64,000 bases of DNA from an uncultured virus (IMG/VR IMGVR_UViG_3300030104_006589) (IMGVR_UViG_3300030104_006589:1-64000), one strand, 5' to 3'. Shown: positions 1-6,569, numbered from the stretch's first letter. Notes: generated from the letters alone by a model not told the origin. Made by a program: numbers and translations.

Positions 1-119
1 TCTGGGAGTGTGTTGCTCGCGATCTTGATGTGAAATCTGCCTGTCTTGCTTTTGCGGCAATCAAAGGTTTTCAAATGGGCAAGCTGTATAGCTCTATCAA
101 AATCAACAAAAAGTTTTAA
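1..119 (+). CDS. hypothetical protein, 3' end only
   Basis: Open frame from window edge (WECVARDLDVK...INKKF) ending TAA at 117-119, directly before the next ATG. Confidence 0.35.
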   Translation, partial: WECVARDLDVKSACLAFAAIKGFQMGKLYSSIKINKKF

Positions 120-120
120 T

Positions 121-276
121 ATGATAACAGAACTACAAAAAGAACTAGGCGACCTTGAGAGAAACATTAGGTTTCTTCAACCAGATAAACTAAGGTGGAC
201 AGAGAACCGAAAAGCACTAATTGATCAGTTAGACTATATCAAAGAGCTTGCCCGAAAAGCAGAAAGCAAGTCGTAA
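121..276 (+). CDS. hypothetical protein (51 aa)
   Basis: ATG at 121 (MITELQKELG...); stop TAA 274-276 lies inside repeat copy 1. Confidence 0.55.
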   Translation: MITELQKELGDLERNIRFLQPDKLRWTENRKALIDQLDYIKELARKAESKS

Positions 277-351
277 GTCCTTAAGGCTTAACGACTTACG
301 CGGCTCGGGAAGGCCCGCGCTCCGTAACTCATTGATGCTCAACGAGTTACA
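272..351. repeat. 80-bp double-palindrome repeat, copy 1
   Basis: cgtaagtcctt-aaggctt-aacgacttacg / 22-bp GC-rich spacer / cgtaactcatt-gatgctc-aacgagttaca. Confidence 0.95.
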
Positions 352-397
352 CAACATAATACGCAGAAAAAAAATACATTTTAATACAAAAAAAAGC

Positions 398-425
398 TTG
401 CAATCTCTATTTAGTGTGGTATACT
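398..425 (+). promoter_or_regulatory. sigma70-type promoter (extended -10)
   Basis: TTGCAA-16-TATACT with TGn, upstream A-tracts, ATG 6 nt downstream (432). Confidence 0.65.
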
Positions 426-483
426 ACCTCCATGAAATTGAAATTCCCTACTCTCTGGAGCAAAAAAAAGAATAAATTACCCC

Positions 484-512
484 TTGACATCACCCCTCTT
501 TTGCCTTATAGT
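484..512 (+). promoter_or_regulatory. sigma70-type promoter, leaderless
   Basis: TTGACA-17-TATAGT, ATG at 519 six nt downstream. Confidence 0.8.
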
Positions 513-518
513 TCCCTT

Positions 519-809
519 ATGAAAGAAAACCAACCTAACCTCGTAATTCCTGAGCGTCCGCTCTTCCCTAATAACCCTATCCACCTTGCGTCTACCCTAA
601 CGGGCAAGACTGTTGTTTACCACAACGCCAAGGCATCGACTGTCACTCCTGACAAGGTGCGCGTGTTTAAGGTTCGTGGGGTCGAAGATGTTTTCACCTC
701 CGAAGCAAGTGGCGCAAAGTGTGTCACTGTCAGCGTCAACGACATTGATGATGGTGGTAGCGTGAAATACCGCACCCTCCACATTGATGGTATCCAATCC
801 GCCAATTAA
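519..809 (+). CDS. hypothetical protein (possible longer in-frame form from 432)
   Basis: ORF track 414..809; start re-assigned to the ATG after the consensus promoter. Confidence 0.7.
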   Translation: MKENQPNLVIPERPLFPNNPIHLASTLTGKTVVYHNAKASTVTPDKVRVFKVRGVEDVFTSEASGAKCVTVSVNDIDDGGSVKYRTLHIDGIQSAN

Positions 810-823
810 CTTTTAGTTACTAG

Positions 824-891
824 GTAGGAGTATAGGGAACGGGGGGTTATCAGGTTAACCCGTAAGGGTCGCCCCCCGTTCCTGATCCTGC
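824..891 (+). other. intergenic RNA stem-loop with nested GNRA hairpin
   Basis: ggaacgggggg pairs with ccccccgttcc; inner accc-GTAA-gggt; outer gtagga/tcctgc. Confidence 0.55.
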
Positions 892-901
892 AAAATTTTC
901 C

Positions 902-930
902 TTTACAAATAACAAACCATACATTACATT
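902..930 (+). promoter_or_regulatory. sigma70-type promoter, leaderless
   Basis: TTTACA-17-TACATT, ATG at 937 six nt downstream. Confidence 0.6.
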
Positions 931-936
931 AACATC

Positions 937-1152
937 ATGCCTAAACCAACCGAATCCGTCCGTATCGAAGTTAAAAACAAAGACCAAGCTGCATTGCTTA
1001 ACTATGCCTTGGGTCTTGTTCATCGTGATCTCTCAAATAGACTTGAAGAGGTTTCAGATGACAAACTGGATGACTTCATGGATAACGTCAAGTGGACACG
1101 TAAACACGCAACCACATTAAACGAAAAGTTTTCTTTGACTACAGAAGTATAA
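937..1152 (+). CDS. hypothetical protein
   Basis: 71-aa ORF directly after promoter. Confidence 0.7.
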   Translation: MPKPTESVRIEVKNKDQAALLNYALGLVHRDLSNRLEEVSDDKLDDFMDNVKWTRKHATTLNEKFSLTTEV

Positions 1153-1165
1153 ACTTTCTAGAAAA

Positions 1166-1443
1166 GGTCTGATTGGCGGGGGCAGAACCGCAAAGCGATA
1201 CAGGATAACCTGAAGCCCCTAGCTCCTCCAACAAACAAAATTGTTGGTTAAAAAGCTAATCACTAACTAAACAATCCCGCGAAGGTCTCTGTGACTAGCG
1301 GGAGGGTAAAACACACAGAGGCTCCCAGTGGTGGGCAATACCGCTAGGTGGTAACAGTGACCAGATCCTTAATTGACTGGCACTCGTCAACAAACCGACC
1401 CTCTCCCGCCACGCTTTACTAGTCAGCCTCTGACGGGAGGGGG
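1166..1443 (+). ncRNA. candidate structured ncRNA with two pseudoknots
   Basis: No ORF of 60 aa or more, GC-richer than flanks; long-range pairing 1174-1182/1403-1411; H-type pseudoknot 1275-1280/1298-1303 with 1287-1293/1314-1320; second pseudoknot 1356-1390. Confidence 0.6.
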
Positions 1444-1474
1444 ATATAACTTTCTGTGGTCTGGTTGTCATGCT

Positions 1475-1514
1475 ACCCCGTCCCCTTCTTTGCTGGGGGG
1501 CGGGGTTTTGCTTT
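1475..1514 (+). terminator. rho-independent terminator
   Basis: accccgtcccc...ggggcggggt followed by tttgcttt. Confidence 0.75.
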
Positions 1515-1593
1515 ATAAGTAACTGATAGTGAACGACTTACGGAGCGCGGGCCAGCCCGCACTGCGTAACTCCTTGACATGCAACGAGTTATA
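1514..1593. repeat. 80-bp double-palindrome repeat, copy 2
   Basis: tataagtaact-gatagtg-aacgacttacg / gagcgcgggccagcccgcactg / cgtaactcctt-gacatgc-aacgagttata. Confidence 0.95.
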
Positions 1594-1628
1594 AATAAAA
1601 AAAAAGAATAAAAAAGAATAAAAAAGAC

Positions 1629-1656
1629 TTGCACACTTCTCTATTTGTGTTATACT
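1629..1656 (+). promoter_or_regulatory. sigma70-type promoter with A-tract UP element
   Basis: TTGCAC-16-TATACT with TGn, long A-tracts at 1594-1626. Confidence 0.7.
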
Positions 1657-1665
1657 ATGGGCGTT

Positions 1666-2040
1666 ATGGGACTAGATCAATACGCAAAAAAAGTAAAGAG
1701 AGAATACAATCATGAGACTCTCACAGAGACAATCGTCAAAACTGAAATAGGTTATTGGCGCAAACACAATGCTTTAGAGGGTTACATGGCTGACCTCTAC
1801 CGCACTAAGACGGGTGACGAAGGAGAGTTTAACTGCAAGACTCTTCCTCTTGATTCTGACGACTTGGACACCTTGGAGGCAGTAATCGAAAGGGGCAACT
1901 TGCCTGAAACCGTAGGTTTCTTTTTTGGTAATTGCACCAAAGATAATGAGGAGTTTAAGGAACTAGACCTTGAGTTTATAGCCAAGGCTAGGAAATGTCT
2001 TGCAAATGGTTTCGAGGTAGAGTATACTTCTTGGTGGTAA
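1666..2040 (+). CDS. conserved phage hypothetical protein
   Basis: MGLDQY...EIGYWRKHNAL...YTSWW pattern recalled from a common phage protein family. Confidence 0.75.
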   Translation: MGLDQYAKKVKREYNHETLTETIVKTEIGYWRKHNALEGYMADLYRTKTGDEGEFNCKTLPLDSDDLDTLEAVIERGNLPETVGFFFGNCTKDNEEFKELDLEFIAKARKCLANGFEVEYTSWW

Positions 2041-2041
2041 G

Positions 2042-2218
2042 ATGGAAGAACGACCCTACAAAGTATACCTGAGAGAGATCCACTGGCAGGAAGCTGTCGT
2101 GGATGCCGTGAGCCGAGCAGATGCCATTCAAAAAGTATTGGACGGTGACGGTCAATACGGGAACGGCACTAGATATGAAGAAACCTGCGAGGACGGGCAT
2201 AGAGTTGAAGAGATATGA
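2042..2218 (+). CDS. small acidic hypothetical protein (58 aa)
   Basis: MEERPYKVYLREIHWQEAVVDAVSRADAIQKV...; fills the gap between neighbours with ATGA overlap. Confidence 0.6.
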   Translation: MEERPYKVYLREIHWQEAVVDAVSRADAIQKVLDGDGQYGNGTRYEETCEDGHRVEEI

Positions 2219-2427
2219 ATATCTTTCGCACTCTATCAGAAGATAAAAGAATGTTGTTTAATGTTACTTACAAAGACGGCAACTATAAGCTGGTTGATAA
2301 GCTGGGTATTCACTTGGCTGAAGATGATGGCACATGGAGTGCCGCCCTTCCCCTCTGCCACTTCCCTCAAAAGGAGATCGAGCATATGATTGAACACATT
2401 GAGGTAACTCTAAACAAAGCAATTTAA
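2215..2427 (+). CDS. hypothetical protein
   Basis: 70-aa ORF, operon-like packing. Confidence 0.6.
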   Translation: MNIFRTLSEDKRMLFNVTYKDGNYKLVDKLGIHLAEDDGTWSAALPLCHFPQKEIEHMIEHIEVTLNKAI

Positions 2428-2429
2428 TT

Positions 2430-2624
2430 ATGCAATACGACATCGACTACTATGACAAGGAGGGAAACCATTGCGGAACCTCTGCGCTTCTTGCTTTCAC
2501 GGGCAAGGTTTACTCTCACCAGTATCTCACCGACATGGCCAAGCAGGAGATGAAGGATGACTTCTTTCCTGGAGCTAAATACTTTGAGATATCAATCAAG
2601 GAAGCAATAGATGAAAGACAATAA
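2430..2624 (+). CDS. hypothetical protein
   Basis: 64-aa ORF, operon-like packing. Confidence 0.6.
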   Translation: MQYDIDYYDKEGNHCGTSALLAFTGKVYSHQYLTDMAKQEMKDDFFPGAKYFEISIKEAIDERQ

Positions 2625-2787
2625 ACAAGTAACCACTAGCGACAGCCACACCGATTACATGAGAGGCTTGTCTACTGCGGTAGGTAAAGCGTGTGATGCG
2701 TGGCTAGATAAAAAAGGATTAAAAAGCAAAAGCTGGAAAGAGCAGAACAACGAAACCTTTAAGAAACAAAAAAATGGAAATCGCTAA
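2611..2787 (+). CDS. hypothetical protein (58 aa)
   Basis: MKDNKQVTTSDSHTDYMRGLSTAVGKACDAW...; overlaps neighbours. Confidence 0.5.
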   Translation: MKDNKQVTTSDSHTDYMRGLSTAVGKACDAWLDKKGLKSKSWKEQNNETFKKQKNGNR

Positions 2788-2878
2788 ACTATTCTTCTAT
2801 GCCTTGGCAGGGTTTCTTGCTGTGGTATTCCTTGCCGCCATCGTAATAGGTATGGTGCTGTTGGGAACGCCCGCATAA
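2774..2878 (+). CDS. small single-pass membrane peptide (34 aa)
   Basis: MEIAKLFFYALAGFLAVVFLAAIVIGMVLLGTPA; stop codon lies inside repeat copy 3. Confidence 0.5.
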   Translation: MEIAKLFFYALAGFLAVVFLAAIVIGMVLLGTPA

Positions 2879-2953
2879 CTCACTTAGTATCAATCACTTA
2901 CGGAGCGGGGGCTGGCCCGCGCTGCGTAACTCGTTGATACTCAACGAGTTACA
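2874..2953. repeat. 80-bp double-palindrome repeat, copy 3
   Basis: cataactcact-tagtatc-aatcacttacg / gagcgggggctggcccgcgctg / cgtaactcgtt-gatactc-aacgagttaca. Confidence 0.95.
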
Positions 2954-3033
2954 TAGCAAGACGAGGCACACCTTTTCTATTTGTCAAGCAAAAACTTACC
3001 CAGAAAAAAATAAAAAAAAAGAATAAAAAGGAC

Positions 3034-3062
3034 TTGCAATAAATCAAATCGTGCTGTATACT
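3034..3062 (+). promoter_or_regulatory. sigma70-type promoter with A-tract UP element
   Basis: TTGCAA-17-TATACT; A-tracts 3004-3029 similar to those after copy 2. Confidence 0.75.
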
Positions 3063-3071
3063 TACTGCATC

Positions 3072-3848
3072 ATGAGCTTAATCCTAGCAAAAAACAAAGT
3101 CGATATCGCCCAGCTTGCTGAAGTCAAAACTCCTTCCGCAACTGACACTCACACTCCAATCTCTCACGCACTCCTCGTTGATCAGGCGCACAAGGCACTT
3201 GATCGCGCAGGGTTGACCATCGAGCAGGAGGAACACGCGCTTGGCCGTGGTGGTCTTCGTTACTTCGGAGGCTTCGCCATCAAGGGTGAAGACATGGAAG
3301 CTAAAGATCGCCGTCTGGTGGTCGGGCTTCGTAACGCACACGATAAGTCCTTCGCGGCTTCCGTGTGCATCGGCAACCAGATGATGGTTTGCGAAAACCT
3401 TTGCTTCTCTTCTGATGTGAAGCTCGCTCGTCGCCACACGACGAACATCTTGCGCGACCTTCCAATGGTCTTGTCTAACGCGATCTCTCGCGTTGTCTCC
3501 CACTGGGCAGACATGGGCAAGCGCATCGAGTCCTACAAGAACACCGAGGTTCAGCGTGACCGTTGCGCCGACATGGTGGTTGACCTTGTGGATGCGAAAG
3601 CGTTTCCCGCTCGCGATGTCTACAAGGCAGTGCAGGAGTTCCGCAACCCTCGTCACGACGAGTTCAAGGGCGGTTCCCTCTGGACACTTTACAACGGGAT
3701 CACCGAGCATCTCAAGGGTGGCGACCTTACCAAGTTGCCCCAACGCACCATGACGGTGCAGTCGGTCTTCGACAAGATCGCAGGTCACGCTCCCGTGATC
3801 GAGGCGGTCGAAGTCGAGGAGTCTGATGCAATCGTGCTTCCCGCATAG
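3072..3848 (+). CDS. DUF932-like protein
   Basis: Motifs THTPISH, GLRNAHDKSFAASV, VCENLCF, RRHT, SLWTLYNGITE. Confidence 0.7.
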   Translation: MSLILAKNKVDIAQLAEVKTPSATDTHTPISHALLVDQAHKALDRAGLTIEQEEHALGRGGLRYFGGFAIKGEDMEAKDRRLVVGLRNAHDKSFAASVCIGNQMMVCENLCFSSDVKLARRHTTNILRDLPMVLSNAISRVVSHWADMGKRIESYKNTEVQRDRCADMVVDLVDAKAFPARDVYKAVQEFRNPRHDEFKGGSLWTLYNGITEHLKGGDLTKLPQRTMTVQSVFDKIAGHAPVIEAVEVEESDAIVLPA

Positions 3849-3868
3849 CCCTGACGTTACCAACACCC

Positions 3869-3918
3869 AACCCGCTCCCGAGGCTACGGCTTACTATCGG
3901 GGGCGGGTTCTTTTTTTG
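3869..3918 (+). terminator. rho-independent terminator
   Basis: aacccgctcccga...tcgggggcgggtt then ctttttttg. Confidence 0.8.
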
Positions 3919-3934
3919 TGTGCGTAATAAGAAT

Positions 3935-4014
3935 CGTAAGTCGTTGAGTATCAACGACTTACGCGGCGCGGGCCAGCCCGCCCTGCGTAACTCCTTAAGG
4001 CTCAACGAGTTATG
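3935..4014. repeat. 80-bp double-palindrome repeat, copy 4
   Basis: cgtaagtcgtt-gagtatc-aacgacttacg (perfect 11-bp arms) / cggcgcgggccagcccgccctg / cgtaactcctt-aaggctc-aacgagttatg. Confidence 0.95.
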
Positions 4015-4029
4015 AATTAAAAATACCTC

Positions 4030-4057
4030 TTGACAAATCCCTGTCTTGCGCTATACT
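4030..4057 (+). promoter_or_regulatory. sigma70-type promoter, leaderless
   Basis: TTGACA-16-TATACT, ATG at 4064. Confidence 0.75.
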
Positions 4058-4063
4058 CTCACT

Positions 4064-4360
4064 ATGGCAAATTCATATAGCATCCAAAGAACTGATACAG
4101 ATAGAATCCCCGCCCCGTTTGATTTCACCTTTGAGTGGGACAATGGAACAGAAAAAACATTTATAGTTGTTTCATTGCATGGCGCGAAGGCACTAGCCGA
4201 AACATTTAGAAACTTCGGTTACGAAGAGGAAGAAGGTAGTATTAGGTTTGCTTCAGATGCGCGAACTTTGGAAAGGCTTTCACCGATTGCGAAGTTGGCG
4301 AAGGGCGATTGCCCTTTACCGACCGACTCATGCAATCCTTCTGATTTTAAATCAATTTAA
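4064..4360 (+). CDS. hypothetical protein
   Basis: MANSYSIQ...; start after promoter. Confidence 0.65.
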   Translation: MANSYSIQRTDTDRIPAPFDFTFEWDNGTEKTFIVVSLHGAKALAETFRNFGYEEEEGSIRFASDARTLERLSPIAKLAKGDCPLPTDSCNPSDFKSI

Positions 4361-4361
4361 A

Positions 4362-4390
4362 TTGACACCCGCAGAAGTCTATAGTATAGT
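4362..4390 (+). promoter_or_regulatory. sigma70-type promoter, leaderless
   Basis: TTGACA-17-TATAGT, ATG at 4396. Confidence 0.8.
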
Positions 4391-4395
4391 TGGCC

Positions 4396-5082
4396 ATGTC
4401 GAAACTTCTAAACGCTGGAAACTATAAAACCAGCAAGGGCGAAAAGTATGGTTGGAAAACCTACGGCTTGCACCTTGCACCATATAACCTATCAGGAAAA
4501 AATGTTTGTTCTTCTGCTACTGCTGGTTGTTCTACTGCTTGCCTCAATACTGCTGGTCGTGGAATCATGCATTCCGTTCAAGATGCCCGAGTTAAAAAGA
4601 CACGAAGGTTTTTCGAAGATCGGGATGGATTCTTATCGCAGTTATACAAAGAAATCACAAGCTCGATTAAAAGCGCGAAAAGAAAACAAATAAACTCTTG
4701 TTTTAGATTGAATCTTACAAGTGACCTGCCATGGGAAAACCTAGTTGTAAAATACTTCCCCTTTGCTCAGTTCTACGACTATACCAAACACTTAAAAAGA
4801 TTCGTTAGGTTCTTAGAGGGTAAACTTCCCACTAACTATCACCTAACATACTCCCGCAGTGAAGAGACACCTGACGCGCTAGTGAAGAGCTTATGTGCAA
4901 GTGGAGGTAATGTCGCCGTGGTTTTTCGCGATCACCTGCCAGAGACATGGCTAGGAATAGAAGTGATAGACGGAGACGACTCAGACCTACGCTTCCAGGA
5001 TGGCAAAGGTAAGATTGTAGGATTACTTGAAAAAGGACTTGCGAAGAAGGACGAAACGGGGTTTGTTGTAGAGCCATGCTAG
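4396..5082 (+). CDS. GP88-family phage protein (Cys-rich, probable Fe-S)
   Basis: LHLAP...NVCSSATAGCSTACLNTAGRG, RLNLTSDLPW, QFYDYTK, NYHLTYS, DGDDSDLRF. Confidence 0.75.
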   Translation: MSKLLNAGNYKTSKGEKYGWKTYGLHLAPYNLSGKNVCSSATAGCSTACLNTAGRGIMHSVQDARVKKTRRFFEDRDGFLSQLYKEITSSIKSAKRKQINSCFRLNLTSDLPWENLVVKYFPFAQFYDYTKHLKRFVRFLEGKLPTNYHLTYSRSEETPDALVKSLCASGGNVAVVFRDHLPETWLGIEVIDGDDSDLRFQDGKGKIVGLLEKGLAKKDETGFVVEPC

Positions 5083-5139
5083 AGTTTGTCCTATTCCTAT
5101 TGTTGTTATACTTAGCCTGTTACCGATCAAGATAAAGAT

Positions 5140-5304
5140 ATGAAAATAAAAGAAGAACTCCAAGAAATACTAGACGACCACAGGTCGCAGATAATTGATA
5201 TGCTCAAGGAAGATGCAGAAGATGCTCTCGTTGTAGATGTTGAATCTAACCTTGACCGCATGATAACAGAAGTAAACGAATTGTTAGGCTCTAGCTATGA
5301 CTAA
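5140..5304 (+). CDS. small acidic hypothetical protein (54 aa)
   Basis: MKIKEELQEILDDHRSQIIDML... Confidence 0.5.
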   Translation: MKIKEELQEILDDHRSQIIDMLKEDAEDALVVDVESNLDRMITEVNELLGSSYD

Positions 5305-5389
5305 ATAGGATAAAGCTCTAGGGGTTGTGGGCATGGTGTGCGGGGAGATCCCGTAACGAGGTAATGATCTTATTCCTCCATGAAACACC

Positions 5390-5469
5390 CGTAACTCCTT
5401 AACACTTAAGGACTTACGGAGCGCGGGCTGGCCCGCCCCGCGTAACTCGTTGAGTATCAATGACTTATG
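5390..5469. repeat. 80-bp double-palindrome repeat, copy 5
   Basis: cgtaactcctt-aacactt-aaggacttacg / gagcgcgggctggcccgccccg / cgtaactcgtt-gagtatc-aatgacttatg; at the convergent strand switch. Confidence 0.95.
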
Positions 5470-5490
5470 ACGCAAAATTGGCTAATAGAC

Positions 5491-5516
5491 AAAAAGAAAA
5501 CCCGCATTTCTGCGGG
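5491..5516 (-). terminator. rho-independent terminator
   Basis: minus strand cccgca-gaaa-tgcggg then ttttcttttt. Confidence 0.75.
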
Positions 5517-5521
5517 CCTAC

Positions 5522-5579
5522 TTATTTAGTTGATTCTATTTGATCCTGCCGATTATTTAGTTAACATTGCACGACCTGC
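5522..5579 (+). repeat. TTATTT-N14-GA(T/C)C motif, 2 copies
   Basis: TTATTT at 5522 and 5553, each with GATC/GACC starting 20 nt later. Confidence 0.6.
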
Positions 5580-6049
5580 AACTTTCCCAGTGTCTCTGCC
5601 TTCTTGCCTTGGAGCCAGACTCCATCCCAATTCTTATGCCTTGGTCTGCGGTAATAATATCTGTATACTTTACCCGTGTCCTTATTAATTAATTTATACT
5701 TTCCTTTTGTGGTTTTAACTGTGCCACCCCTGTCTTCAGACTTGTAGCATCTCTCTGGTCTGGCCCCGACCTTCCGACACATACGTTTCCATACGAAGTC
5801 ATGCCCGTGTCCCGCGCCTGTTAATGCGTGGGCGATCTCATGCAAAACAACATCTTTGGTTTCTTCTATTGTGTTTAAGTTCGCCAACACTTTGGTAATC
5901 CCGATCTCCCTCTTTCTGTATCGGCACTGACCGTATCGACGCACTGCTCTGGTGTCCCAAACGAACGACCAACCTTCTTCGATTAGCCCCCACTCTTCCA
6001 TCTTCTGGAGAGCAAACTCTTTTACTTTGTGTAGCTTAATCAGATCCAT
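5561..6049 (-). CDS. SprT-like zinc metalloprotease
   Basis: RRYGQC, VVLHEIAHAL, HGHDFVWK, GARPERC. Confidence 0.85.
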   Translation of the reverse strand: MDLIKLHKVKEFALQKMEEWGLIEEGWSFVWDTRAVRRYGQCRYRKREIGITKVLANLNTIEETKDVVLHEIAHALTGAGHGHDFVWKRMCRKVGARPERCYKSEDRGGTVKTTKGKYKLINKDTGKVYRYYYRRPRHKNWDGVWLQGKKAETLGKLQVVQC

Positions 6050-6097
6050 TTTTCTTTAGTGCTAATATTAATAAACAAACAAACAAAATAAATTCAA

Positions 6098-6397
6098 TCA
6101 CTGCTCGATGAGGTGTTCAACGTGGTTCATGAAATATCTCTCCATCTCAGCCAGTGCTTGCAGGTGCTTCTGCCTCTCATTGTATGCCCTAGAGAATGCG
6201 TTGTCATCATTAAAAGCATCCATGGCGGGATCGTTATCCTGCACATAGTAATCTCTGCCGTGAAATTCGCAAGATTGAATTGCCTCCTTCACCTCATTGA
6301 TTGCTCCAAGGATTCTGGTGTTGCCCTCTAATAGCATCTTTTTTCCTGTGCCGTTAAGATGGACTGTGGGTAGTGGATAGTTTACTGTCTCAGTCAT
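6098..6397 (-). CDS. hypothetical protein
   Basis: MTETVNYPLPTVHLNGTG...; start 6 nt after a -10 box. Confidence 0.7.
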   Translation of the reverse strand: MTETVNYPLPTVHLNGTGKKMLLEGNTRILGAINEVKEAIQSCEFHGRDYYVQDNDPAMDAFNDDNAFSRAYNERQKHLQALAEMERYFMNHVEHLIEQ

Positions 6398-6403
6398 GCG
6401 TAA

Positions 6404-6432
6404 ACTATACACCCCACCTACGGTGGGGTCAA
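6404..6432 (-). promoter_or_regulatory. sigma70-type promoter with palindromic spacer
   Basis: TTGACC-17-TATAGT; spacer holds accccacc-tac-ggtggggt. Confidence 0.75.
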
Positions 6433-6569
6433 GAATAAAAATGAATTAAAAATCCCTGAAGTTTATGCAGACCATAATGATAACAGCAATTACGTATAGG
6501 GGGATACAACACAAAACAAAACTGATGGTTAGCATTATGCCTATGGTGCGGAATGTCATGGCTAATCAC

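Noticed and set aside
248..475. ORFs 248..475, 3727..4005 and 5284..5475 sharing RKSL.LN.LR peptides
   Set aside because: They are translations of the palindromic DNA repeat and run through promoters and terminators.
1166..1514. tmRNA, RNase P or group I intron identity for the structured region
   Set aside because: No T-arm/CCA end, no GAGGAAAGTCC, and no recognisable intron core sequences.
3084..3866. 260-aa antisense ORF
   Set aside because: Shadow of the codon-biased DUF932-like gene; no promoter or recognisable motif.
272..5469. 80-bp repeats as a CRISPR array or canonical integron attC sites
   Set aside because: Intervals are over 1 kb and gene-filled, no cas genes are present, the ends do not fit RYYYAAC/GTTRRRY, and no IntI is in the window.
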